Assembly: GCA_010093995.1 (NCBI GenBank)
Contig: ML992511.1
Coordinates: 425,316 to 489,315, forward strand
DNA: 64,000 nucleotides
Reading direction: 5' to 3'
From: Elsinoe ampelina
Taxonomy: Eukaryota
This document shows positions 37,879 to 47,448 of the stretch, piece after piece. The notes beneath the pieces are model-generated. The model made no database searches, had not been told where the DNA came from, and saw only the letters and a program-made list of their open reading frames with translations. The translations under genes were made by a program, and so were the position numbers. Position 1 is the first letter of the stretch. Every line of letters starts with the position of its first letter.

Positions 37879-38718
37879 ATGCTGAGCCCAGCATCCAGCA
37901 TCGTCGACCTCAGCACAGAATTACCAGACCCTGGACCACATCCATGCGCCGGTCTGGATGACCGCGAAGACGATGCAGGGGAAGCAGCATACTTCAGATG
38001 GATAGAGCGGCAGAAGTATCGAGGCCGGGTCACGACACCTCCGATCCAGGATGACCCACAGAATGCAGAAAAACGCATGTCTCTACGTACGACTTTGCGC
38101 CCGCCGTCTCGCTACCGTGAGGACGAGGAACTGACCCTCGATGTCATGAAGAACCAGGCATCGAGAGTAGCCGTCGCTGCAGCTTCCGCAACGAGCCGTC
38201 CTGCTCTGCCCGCCCTCAACACCAACGTAGCCGCTCGAGGACGACCGAGGAAGCGCAGTGCACCGTTGGCTCCTCGGGCCCGTTCACTAGCATCACGTCG
38301 TCAACTCTCACCACAATCATTCCCCTCGCTGGAGCCCGGTATACTCCCGCCATCCAAGGAAGAAAAGCGCAGGGCTGACCTTGAGGCATGGGCGATAGAG
38401 GACGACAGCTGGGGTCGATGGGGCGAAACATGGGACGAGGTCGGACCTTACGCGGACGAGAGAGAGGTCGGCAGAGCGGTAGAGGCTAGGGCCAAAAGAG
38501 CGTGTTACTGGGATGGGAAGACGGCGTCGCAATGGTACCGCGATGAGATGCTGGAGCAGCACAAGAGGCCTCAGGGCCAGATGCACCTCACTAGGCGTGC
38601 CAATGTCATTCACGTGCTTCGGACTTCTTGGAGGAGACTTTCAGAAGAGGTGTTTGGAGAGGATCCAGAGATACTGGAGGAGGAAATGATGCAGGTGTAC
38701 AAGACCTTTTGGCAGTGA
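37879..38718 (+). CDS. Hypothetical protein
   Basis: Long open frame with coding-like composition; no family recognised; start and end uncertain. Confidence 0.45.
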   Translation: MLSPASSIVDLSTELPDPGPHPCAGLDDREDDAGEAAYFRWIERQKYRGRVTTPPIQDDPQNAEKRMSLRTTLRPPSRYREDEELTLDVMKNQASRVAVAAASATSRPALPALNTNVAARGRPRKRSAPLAPRARSLASRRQLSPQSFPSLEPGILPPSKEEKRRADLEAWAIEDDSWGRWGETWDEVGPYADEREVGRAVEARAKRACYWDGKTASQWYRDEMLEQHKRPQGQMHLTRRANVIHVLRTSWRRLSEEVFGEDPEILEEEMMQVYKTFWQ

Positions 38719-38972
38719 TGGGTGATGCAGGTGGAGACACAGAGCGGACAACATAGAGCCCGGCAGAGTCGTACGGGCAATTGGACACACTTGGTGGTGA
38801 TGTTGCCATTCTGTTCAAAGAGGAAGACTCGGAAAAAAGCTGTGCAATACATAGAAGAAAAGGTGGTAGGATGATGAAGGAAAGATGGCTTCATGGCGGT
38901 TCAACCAAACCATCGGGCCCTGGATCGGATCTGGCTCTAGATCTCAGGAACCTGCATTGAATTCCAGATCCC

Positions 38973-39023
38973 ACGCGTAAAGTGCTTTTTTAGCGTGAAT
39001 CGGAGCGCGGCTACGTCACGCGT
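38973..39023. promoter_or_regulatory. Two MCB elements (ACGCGT) upstream of the LSH/IRC5 helicase
   Basis: Perfect ACGCGT at 38973-38978 and 39018-39023, 214-264 bp upstream of the ATG. Confidence 0.55.
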
Positions 39024-39236
39024 TTCCCTCCACTCCGGAGGGTCATTACTTTTTGCCTCATCCTCACATTACCCCTTGTGAAGTTCACATTATAATTTAC
39101 ACATAGCAATTCCACCTACACTTTCTCCTACAGCCTGTTGCTACTACCACAGAGCAGTGATACTCGCCCCACGCAAGATCTGCTCTGCTGCAAAAGCAGC
39201 CAATTCTCCTTGCGCGTCAGCGCCACCTCCCTGACC

Positions 39237-41891
39237 ATGGCGACAACCTCATCCTCCTCAGACGTGACCATGTCCAACACCACCACCCCACCGACCTCCC
39301 CCGAAACCCACAAACCCTCCGTCTCAAAGGCCATGGAAGCCGAAGAAGCAAAAATGCTCGCCATCCGCCGCAAACAAGAAGCCAAACGCGACGCCGAGCT
39401 CGAAGCCGAACGCAAGTCCGACCTCGCCGGCGGCTCGGAGAAGATCGACCAGAAATACAAAGCCCTCGAGTACCTCCTCAGCCAAAGCAAGCTATACTCG
39501 ACCATCATGTTGCAGCAGATGCAGCAGCAGGAAGAACAGGACACGGCAAAGGACGAAAAGGACCGGAAGAAAGCCGCGAAGAGGGAGGAGCGCGCGGAGA
39601 AGATGGCCGAGGTAGGGCAGAGGAAAGCGACGAGGTCGAGCACTGCGGGGGAGAAGGGGGAGGAGCAGAAGGGGAAGAGGGGCAGGGGGAGGCCGAAGAG
39701 GGAGGAGAGTGGGAATAAGGAGAAGATTTCGGATTTCTTCAAGAAGGAGGAGTTGCAGAAGAAGGCGGGCGATGCGACGGTCGAGGAGGCGTTGAAGGAG
39801 GAGGCAGGGGATGGTGTCAAGGCGGGCGAGATTGGGATGCAGGATCTCAAGTCGGCCAAGCAGCCGGGGTTGGTGAGTGGGGGGTTGATGAGGACGTATC
39901 AGCTTGAAGGGTTGGATTGGTTGATCTCGTTGTATGAGAATGGTCTGAACGGGATTCTGGCTGATGAGATGGGGTTGGGAAAGACGATCCAAACGATCTC
40001 GTTCATTGCGTTTCTTCGCGAGAAGGGTGTAAATGGACCGTTCCTCATTGCGGCGCCGCTCAGCACGACGAGCAATTGGGTGGCGGAGTTCAAGAAGTGG
40101 ACTCCGGATATTCCAGTTGTTCTTTACCACGGATCAAAGCCTGAGCGAGAAGAGATTCGACGCAAGAGGTTGAAGAGTCCTGGTAGCAAAGACTTTCCCG
40201 TCATCTGCACTTCTTACGAGATCTGTATGAACGACAGGAAATTCTTGGCCCACTATGGCTGGAAGTATATCATCATTGATGAGGGACATCGCATCAAGAA
40301 TCTGGACTGCAAGCTTATCAGGGAGCTGCAATCGTATCAATCTGCCAATCGTCTCTTGATCACTGGTACGCCGCTGCAGAACAATCTCACCGAGCTATGG
40401 TCATTACTGCATTTCCTCATGCCGAGCATCTTCAATAGCCTGGACTCTTTCGAATCGTGGTTCGACTTTTCAGCTCTGAAGGAGCGTCAGGGGTACGAGC
40501 AAATCTTGTCCGAGGAGCGCAAGAAGTCTCTGGTATCTTCACTACATGCCATCCTCAAACCGTTCTTGCTCCGCCGTGTCAAGGCTGATGTCGAAACGTC
40601 TTTGCCGAAGAAGCGCGAGTACATTCTATACGCTCCTCTTACAGCGTCACAACGCGAGCTCTACCATGAGATCCTGTCGGGCGACTCCCGTTCTTATCTG
40701 GAGAACAAGGCCTTCGAGTCTCTTAGCCGGCAGTCAACGCCTGTAGCAAGCAGGTCACAGTCGCTCAAGCGCAAGGCAGTCGATCGTGCTTCTACTCCAA
40801 ACAAGTCTGCCAAAGTATCTCGTGCTTCTACTCCCGCGTCTGTAGCTGGATCTACTACTGGCTCTGTCCGCAGTCGTCGCTCACTTTGCCGCACCAACTA
40901 CGAAGAGCTCTCCGACACCAAGTACTTCAAGAAGCTGGAAGAATCCCCTCCCACACCCTCGTCTTCCGATCTCGAGCCTTCCGACGACGAAGAACAAGAA
41001 CGCTCCAAAACCTTCGCTCTTGCCAAACGCCAGATCTCCGCCAAAAAGCTCCAAAACCCCGTCCTCCAACTCCGCCTCTGCTGCAACTCCCCCCACAACT
41101 TCTACTGGCCTTTCACCTCCGAAGACGAATCCGACGTCGACTCGACCCTCATCACCGAATCCGGCAAAATGCAACTCCTCGACCGCCTCCTCCCGCGCCT
41201 GCTCTCGCTGGGCCACAAAGTCCTCATCTTCTCGCAATTCAAAACCCAACTCGACATCCTGCAGACCTACTGCACCGTCCTCCGCGGCTGGAACACGTGC
41301 CGCATCGACGGCGGCGTCGCCCAAACCGAACGCCAGGAACAAATCGACGCCTTCAACGACCCGGCCAGCGAGACGAATGTTTTCCTCCTCTCCACGCGGG
41401 CGGGCGGCCAGGGCATCAACCTCGCCGCCGCGGATACCGTGCTGCTCTTCGACAGCGACTGGAATCCCCAGCAGGATTTGCAGGCGCAGGACCGCGCGCA
41501 TCGCATCGGGCAGACGAGGCCGGTGATTGTCTACCGTTTCGCGACGAAGGGGACGGTGGAGAGCATGCTGCTTGAAAAAGCCGAGGGGAAGCGCAGGCTG
41601 GAGAAGTTGGTGATTCAGAAGGGGAGGTTTCGCCAGGGGAAGGGGAGGGGGAAGGGTGAGGGAGGGGAGGAGATGGAGGAGCTGAGGAGGTTGTTGGGGA
41701 GGGACGACGGGGAGATAATCGAAGGAGGCGAGGAGGGGGAGGTGTTGGGGGAGGAGGAGTTGAGGGTTGTGACGGATAGGAGCGAGGAGGCGTTCGAGAG
41801 GGCGGAGAAGGGGTTGGACAGGGGGGAGGCGTTCAAGGCGGTGGAGACGAGGAGGGATGGGGAGGGTTTGTTGGAGAGTTTGCAGAAGTGA
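39237..41891 (+). CDS. IRC5: SNF2-family chromatin remodeler of the LSH/HELLS/DDM1 subfamily
   Basis: GILADEMGLGKT, DEGH, LLITGTPLQNNL.ELWSLL, FLLSTRAGGQGINL, DSDWNPQQDLQAQDRAHRIGQ; N-terminal KYKALEYLLSQSKLYS and QP.LV.GG.MR.YQ match the LSH group; intronless. Confidence 0.9.
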   Translation: MATTSSSSDVTMSNTTTPPTSPETHKPSVSKAMEAEEAKMLAIRRKQEAKRDAELEAERKSDLAGGSEKIDQKYKALEYLLSQSKLYSTIMLQQMQQQEEQDTAKDEKDRKKAAKREERAEKMAEVGQRKATRSSTAGEKGEEQKGKRGRGRPKREESGNKEKISDFFKKEELQKKAGDATVEEALKEEAGDGVKAGEIGMQDLKSAKQPGLVSGGLMRTYQLEGLDWLISLYENGLNGILADEMGLGKTIQTISFIAFLREKGVNGPFLIAAPLSTTSNWVAEFKKWTPDIPVVLYHGSKPEREEIRRKRLKSPGSKDFPVICTSYEICMNDRKFLAHYGWKYIIIDEGHRIKNLDCKLIRELQSYQSANRLLITGTPLQNNLTELWSLLHFLMPSIFNSLDSFESWFDFSALKERQGYEQILSEERKKSLVSSLHAILKPFLLRRVKADVETSLPKKREYILYAPLTASQRELYHEILSGDSRSYLENKAFESLSRQSTPVASRSQSLKRKAVDRASTPNKSAKVSRASTPASVAGSTTGSVRSRRSLCRTNYEELSDTKYFKKLEESPPTPSSSDLEPSDDEEQERSKTFALAKRQISAKKLQNPVLQLRLCCNSPHNFYWPFTSEDESDVDSTLITESGKMQLLDRLLPRLLSLGHKVLIFSQFKTQLDILQTYCTVLRGWNTCRIDGGVAQTERQEQIDAFNDPASETNVFLLSTRAGGQGINLAAADTVLLFDSDWNPQQDLQAQDRAHRIGQTRPVIVYRFATKGTVESMLLEKAEGKRRLEKLVIQKGRFRQGKGRGKGEGGEEMEELRRLLGRDDGEIIEGGEEGEVLGEEELRVVTDRSEEAFERAEKGLDRGEAFKAVETRRDGEGLLESLQK

Positions 41892-42153
41892 TGAGAGTAA
41901 CGGGAAAATGGCGTTTGTGATGGTTCACGGCTATGTGATGAAGCGAACGGGAGTGGAATCTGCGCGCACTGCTTCGACGTCAAGTAAACAAGGCAGCCAT
42001 GTGATAGTGAAATGGTTGGGTGATATCACATCCTGCCATCTTGATGTAGCACAGAGACAATTCGACTTCGCACGATCTCGCTCTTTCACTAACGTCGATT
42101 TACCACTTTGTGCATGATTTACTCCTGGCTGAACATCACACTGAACACGTCCG

Positions 42154-42324
42154 ATGGCGGCCACTTCAAGGTACAATGTCTACCGCCTCACCTTCCGCCA
42201 ACATTCCGGCGTCGACCACAAAGGCATCGCTCTTGTCCCTGCTCAGCAGGAGGAGCAACACGCAGGTCGCTACTATCACGTCACTGGCACCGTGGGGTTG
42301 GGCATGGAGTATGAGAAGAAGCCA
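42154..42324 (+). pseudogene. 5' half of a small fungal hypothetical-protein gene (DUF6540-like from memory), running into the antisense APH gene
   Basis: YNVYR...G.DH..IAL.....G.YYHVTG..G.GMEYE.K motif, after which the frame is the reverse strand of the APH CDS. Confidence 0.4.
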
Positions 42325-43260
42325 TTACCAAATATCGCGTTTGATCAAGTCGTATACCGCAAGCTCCGTGAAGCGAGGATCCAGCATGTCTGTGACAAAT
42401 TCAGGCCAGTCCTTCGGCCAGCCAGCCACGGCGAATGCTTTTACGAATTCCCAGTAATCAGGGTAGAAACCACTTGTTTCCCAATCCACAATGCCCGCGA
42501 TGCGCTGGTCATGGATCAGGATGTTGCTCGGACGCAGGTCGCCGTGGGTGAAGACGATGGGGTGGCGGTGCTCCGCGAGAGCGCCAGCTAGCAGGTAGCC
42601 CATATTCGCCCCAGGTACAGCTTCCTCGTATATCTGTACAAGGCTGTCGTTGAAGTGTTCCTCATGAGTGAAGGGCCCTGCTAACCAGTCAGTCAGTTGA
42701 TCTGCACAGGAGCATCCAGTCTGACAGGGAAGCATACCCTTCGCACTGGCTCTGTCGAAGAGAGCATCCGTAAGAGCCCCTTGATGGACCGAGCCAATGT
42801 AGATACCTGTCTTGTCGTCTCGCAAGGACCGGAGTGTGTCGACGTGCAGGCGGAGTTCCGAGGCGAGCTGCGATTTTGCACCGCGATCGAGCGTGTCCCA
42901 AGTGGCTTCTAGAGTGTCGCCCGGTACAAAGTCCATGATGATGTAGACGTCGGTCTGCGGACCATAGTCATCCGGATCTCGATCGTAGGGGCCAATAGTG
43001 TAACAGGCATAGACCGTGGGTACTGGTATCGACGGTGCACGAGATTTGACGAATACCATCGCCATCGCTTCTTCGACCTTCACGTGATTGCCGTGCTTGA
43101 CGACCAGTTCGTCGGACATCCTTGAGATGGTGCCCGAGCCTTGGGTGGCCATGACTCGATCGGTCTTACCCTTTGATTCGTCCGCAAACGGTCCATCATA
43201 ATCTGCGTGTTTGTAATGGAGGCACAGCCGTGGTGCACTTGTTGTGAATGTGCGATACAT
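42325..43260 (-). CDS. Aminoglycoside phosphotransferase (APH)/choline kinase-like protein
   Basis: VVKHG, EA.AM.FV, IPVP.VY, YIIMDFVPG, VFTHGDLRPSNILI, IVDWETSGFYPDYWE; intron ~42678-42737; start could be 43260 or 43152. Confidence 0.88.
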   Translation of the reverse strand: MYRTFTTSAPRLCLHYKHADYDGPFADESKGKTDRVMATQGSGTISRMSDELVVKHGNHVKVEEAMAMVFVKSRAPSIPVPTVYACYTIGPYDRDPDDYGPQTDVYIIMDFVPGDTLEATWDTLDRGAKSQLASELRLHVDTLRSLRDDKTGIYIGSVHQGALTDALFDRASAKGMLPCQTGCSCADQLTDWLAGPFTHEEHFNDSLVQIYEEAVPGANMGYLLAGALAEHRHPIVFTHGDLRPSNILIHDQRIAGIVDWETSGFYPDYWEFVKAFAVAGWPKDWPEFVTDMLDPRFTELAVYDLIKRDIW

Positions 43261-43811
43261 TTCTCTGGTTTCAGGAACAATGAGGCATGATTCTAGCCGG
43301 AACGTGACCACAACAGCGTTCAATCAAGAGGTCTGGATATCTCGTACAGGTCTTCAGCAATGTTCAAGTGCATTGTGGTCATTTTGTAGGGCTCGGCAGA
43401 GAGGGAGGAGAGTGCATACGGCTTGAGAAGGCAGCGTCAACCTCGGCAATAGGAGAAGCGCTAAGGAGACCTTAGTTGGACCAAGCACTTGTTGAACTAT
43501 TTGATTAATCTATGATCAATTTAGATATTTATTGTTTTGATCTACTGCTGTTAAGAACTTCTTTCAATTCAGCTAACGCTTACTCTACTAGGTTGATTAT
43601 TCATATGGTTACAATCTACTTTATTATCGCAGAGTAGCTAGTCCCCGTGCCAGCACTTCGCCACATATCAAACTCATCACCCTGCCATTGACGCAAAGGT
43701 GACGGACGGCCTGACGCATCTTGCGACCGCAGTCTGTAATTTGTAGACCAAGCAGATGCTACTCCAAGTCACGTATTCGTACACCTTCCTGCATCTCTTC
43801 AAGCGATCAAC

Positions 43812-44414
43812 ATGAGGCGGCGACTCAACAGAGCAATCGAGGTCATTAGCTCACGACTCGTGAAGAATACAGCATCACCGCTCGCTGTGCCTCCACCTCC
43901 GCGCACGTTGCTCTCGGGCACAGTGCATACATCAGACTATGACATGCCGCGGGACGTGGCCAGAGACTCCGCCTTGACATTCGCATACCGCATCTATCTC
44001 TCCATCTTAGCAGATGACCCGGTGGGAATTATCAACGATATCCAGAGCTTCTGGGGCCGCGCCACACTGGTGCTAGAAGAGACGCCGGACCCACATGATC
44101 CGGAGCCTGATCGCTATGCCTTCGTAGCCGGAGTCATGTACCTGCTCGCCGATGCCTTCAACCATAACATTGAGTTGGGTTTGCCTCGTGGAGCGCCGGT
44201 TATCATCACCGATGAAATGGAAGACGAGTTCAAGCGTAGGCCTAAGCGAAGAGAGAAGGTCCCCCAGTGGGCCGAGGATGCTCGGCCATGTGCTGAACCT
44301 TTGGTAATCCCGGACAAGAACGGTCACTTACCAGGCAAGGACTGTCGAAAGACAGATAAACTGCTGCAGAAGAAGAACATCGTAGCATTTGAGCAGGGTA
44401 TCTATTTCATCTAA
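43812..44414 (+). CDS. Conserved fungal hypothetical protein
   Basis: 200-aa ORF with motif FW......TPDP.DP.P.RYA.......L..AFN..I.LGLPR.AP, recalled from fungal uncharacterised proteins. Confidence 0.65.
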   Translation: MRRRLNRAIEVISSRLVKNTASPLAVPPPPRTLLSGTVHTSDYDMPRDVARDSALTFAYRIYLSILADDPVGIINDIQSFWGRATLVLEETPDPHDPEPDRYAFVAGVMYLLADAFNHNIELGLPRGAPVIITDEMEDEFKRRPKRREKVPQWAEDARPCAEPLVIPDKNGHLPGKDCRKTDKLLQKKNIVAFEQGIYFI

Positions 44415-44465
44415 TCCAAAATCAAACGCTATGCAGGAAGGCAACCCACACGATACACCCAAATA

Positions 44466-45364
44466 TCAGATCCGCACCTCCACTGGCGCCCTCCGCTTCT
44501 CATCCAGATACCCCCCAACATACGATGCATTGACTAGCACCGTCTGCGCCCCCAGCTCCAACCCCCAAGCCCGCCCAACCAGCGCCCGTACAAACCGCAG
44601 CAAAGCCCCCACACCACCTCCCGCCCGCACCACCTCCTCAAACGCATCCTCGCACCCATCGTGCACCATCAGATCCACTCCAGCCGACGCATGGAAATGC
44701 CCGAAGACGTGCAGCATCGGCTTCACCCTCCTTAGCTCCTGCAACAGCGCCGGATCGCCCTCACCCCCAAGATCCAAGTGGCATTGAGGCGGCATGTGCG
44801 TCACGAGCACATCGGTGTCGTCGGGGATTCTGTCGCGCCAGAATTCATATGAGTCCAGATACTGAAATGCCCAATTCCCGTGCTTTCTTGTCCAGGGATT
44901 GCCGTAGACGGAGAGTGCTCGCCCCCCTTTGAAGCGCAATGTGATGCTTTCGTTGTGTAGATAGTGAATGTCTCCCCATGTCAACGACTTTCGTGACTTA
45001 TCGTCCTCCGGCCCTGGGGTTTTGTTTAGGTCGAGCAGCATGTCGTGGTTCCCGGCGATGACGATTTTGTGATGGTGAGGCTGGCGGTTGATCCAGTCTA
45101 ATTGTGCTTGGAGCTCGGAGGCTGTGCCTTTCTGGGTGAGGTCGCCGGCGTGGATGAGGATGTCGCCTGCGGGGAGAGGAGTTTGGGCGTTGTGTGTGTC
45201 GGAGACGCAGACGAGTTTGATGGGTAGGGATGATGGGTGGGGGGAGAAGGGAGGAGGGATTGGCGCCAGCTGGAGATGGTGAGGGCGAGGGTTTTGGTTG
45301 GAGAGGTCTGAAATCGATCAAGCCAGGTGGGCGGGCGGCGTTTGACGAGTGCGTCGAGAGACAT
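44466..45364 (-). CDS. Calcineurin-like metallophosphoesterase (MPPED/239FB-like), with an apparent 1-nt frameshift near 45240
   Basis: VCVSDTHN, LIHAGDLT, VIAGNHD, LVTHMPP and HVFGHFH share one frame, but the ATG at 45364 is in another; the frames switch around the G6 run at 45239-45244. Confidence 0.8.
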
Positions 45365-46002
45365 GGATGTGGTGATAGAGCTTGAATTCTGGAAGGTGTG
45401 GAGATGGAATGGATATCTCACGTTTGCAGTGGCTGCCTGGTGGTTTCGCTAGAAGCCAGCTTACTCGGAACCAATGTGGCACGGAATGTGTGGCAAATAC
45501 CATCACACTACGCGACGCTCGATTACGCGACCGTCAGGATCATTGAATACGATCCTTGATCACCCGCCCCGTGCTTCACTCACACGCCGAGATGTGATAC
45601 CGGGAGATCTATCTCGGGTCATGCGAAATGAACTTCCAATACTACCTGAGCCACATTTCATCGCGACCTTCGAGACATTGTCACTTCAAAAAAAAAGTCA
45701 TACGTACAGACAGACCTAAATGTTTTTCAACGGTATAGCACAAGAAGGATACCTTCTAGCTGTCTCGTCGTCAAGTATACCATGCGGCTCTATTCGTGCC
45801 AAGCTCGGCTCTGATTGGACTGCGGCACAAGCGTACGTCAAGGCATCCCAGACAGCTGCAGGTCCATGATCACTTGCTCTTCCTACCCTTCCGGCCTTTA
45901 CTGCAGCAACCCTCACCGCGAAACTGTGCACCCTTCGTTCGTCCTGCAAATAATATACATTTGCGAACACAATCTCAGCACGAGCGGCAATCCACAGCAA
46001 TC

Positions 46003-47281
46003 ATGGCAGCCAAGCGCATCGAGCAATGGGAGATTGACAGATACTGGGAGATCTTCAGCTCCCTGTCAAATGGAGGGCAATTCCTGAATGGTGCGCAAGC
46101 CGCCACAGTCCTCAAGAACAGTCAATTGCGCGACGATCAGCTTGAGAGGATCTGGGACCTATCGGACGTGGACAATGACGGTAACTTGGACTTTGAGGAG
46201 TTCTGCGTAGCTATGCGCCTGATCTTTGACCTTGTGAACGGTGTATGTGGCTGCTACGGACGTATGAAGGCCCTGCTGACCCCAACAGGAATACATGGAC
46301 GTCCCGCCAAGCTTACCAGACTGGCTTGTCCCCGAATCCAAGGCACATCTCATCCAAGCTGGCAAGGCTCTCTCGGGATCAGCGGAACAATTTGAGCAAG
46401 TGGACGATTACGATGAGGACGGATACAGACTGAAAGATGGCTTCGATTGGTACATGGCACCTTCGGACAAGTCAAAATACGAGGAGATCTACGCTGCGAA
46501 CAAGGACCCTCGGGACGGCAGCATCAGCTTCGATTCACTATCACCTCTATACGACTCGCTCGATGTACCAGACACAGACATCCGCTTCGCATGGAACCTC
46601 GTAAACCCCAAAAGCGAGGCCGGCATTGGCAAAGACGCAACCCTCGTCTTCCTCCACATCCTCAACAACCGCCACGAAGGCTTTCGGATACCTCGAAGCG
46701 TCCCCGCAAGCCTGCGAGCTACATTCGAACAAGGAAGAATCGAGTACCAAGTAGATAAAGTACAACCACAAAAGACGGCAGCAGACCGGTGGGGCGCAAA
46801 GCGAGACGACGACACACTGACCGGAAGAAAGACCAAATTCGGAGACGCATACCTCAGCCGACTCGGCGTAGGAGACCGAGCCGCCTACAGACCCAAAGGC
46901 ACAGACTTCTCCACCACCCGCACAGACGAAGAATGGGAAGAAGTACGCCTGCGCAAACAGCTGAAAGACCTGGAAAGCAAGATCTCAAAAGTGGAAGAGG
47001 GCGCGAAGAAGCGGCGCGAGAACGGGGGCAGGAGAGGGGAGAGCAAGCCCGCGCTAGTCAAGCGGGAACTCGAGCAATTGCTGGACTGGAAGCGGAGACA
47101 ATTGCGAGATCTGGAGAATGGGGAGGGGCAGGCGAAGATAGGGCAGGGGTTGAAGGGGGTACAGGATGAGATTACCATGGTCAAGGAGCAGGTGGATGGG
47201 CTCGAGGCGCACTTGCGGAAGCGCGAGGGGGTGTTGGAGGATGTGAAGAGGCAGATTGAGGAGGAGAAGTTGAGGCGGTGA
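46003..47281 (+). CDS. END3: Actin cytoskeleton/endocytosis EH-domain protein End3
   Basis: [17 protein letters not shown]-hand [13 protein letters not shown], second EH domain, [12 protein letters not shown] coiled coil; intron 46243-46288. Confidence 0.96.
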
Positions 47282-47448
47282 TGGATACCCTGGTTTTAAT
47301 GTATAGCGCTACCTGGTGTATCTGATCGCGCGAGTGGTGTCATGGGTCAAGGTCGAGAGCGACCTGAGCTGAGATGGTGCGCTCAACGTACCGTTCGTTG
47401 TGACTATCGATGAGTGAATTGGCAGCCAAGCTCTCCACCGTTGCGGCA

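Noticed and set aside
39237..41891. Functional link between the LSH/DDM1-like remodeler and the flanking heterochromatin or H3-like gene
   Set aside because: It is an ordinary conserved gene among housekeeping neighbours; proximity alone is not evidence.
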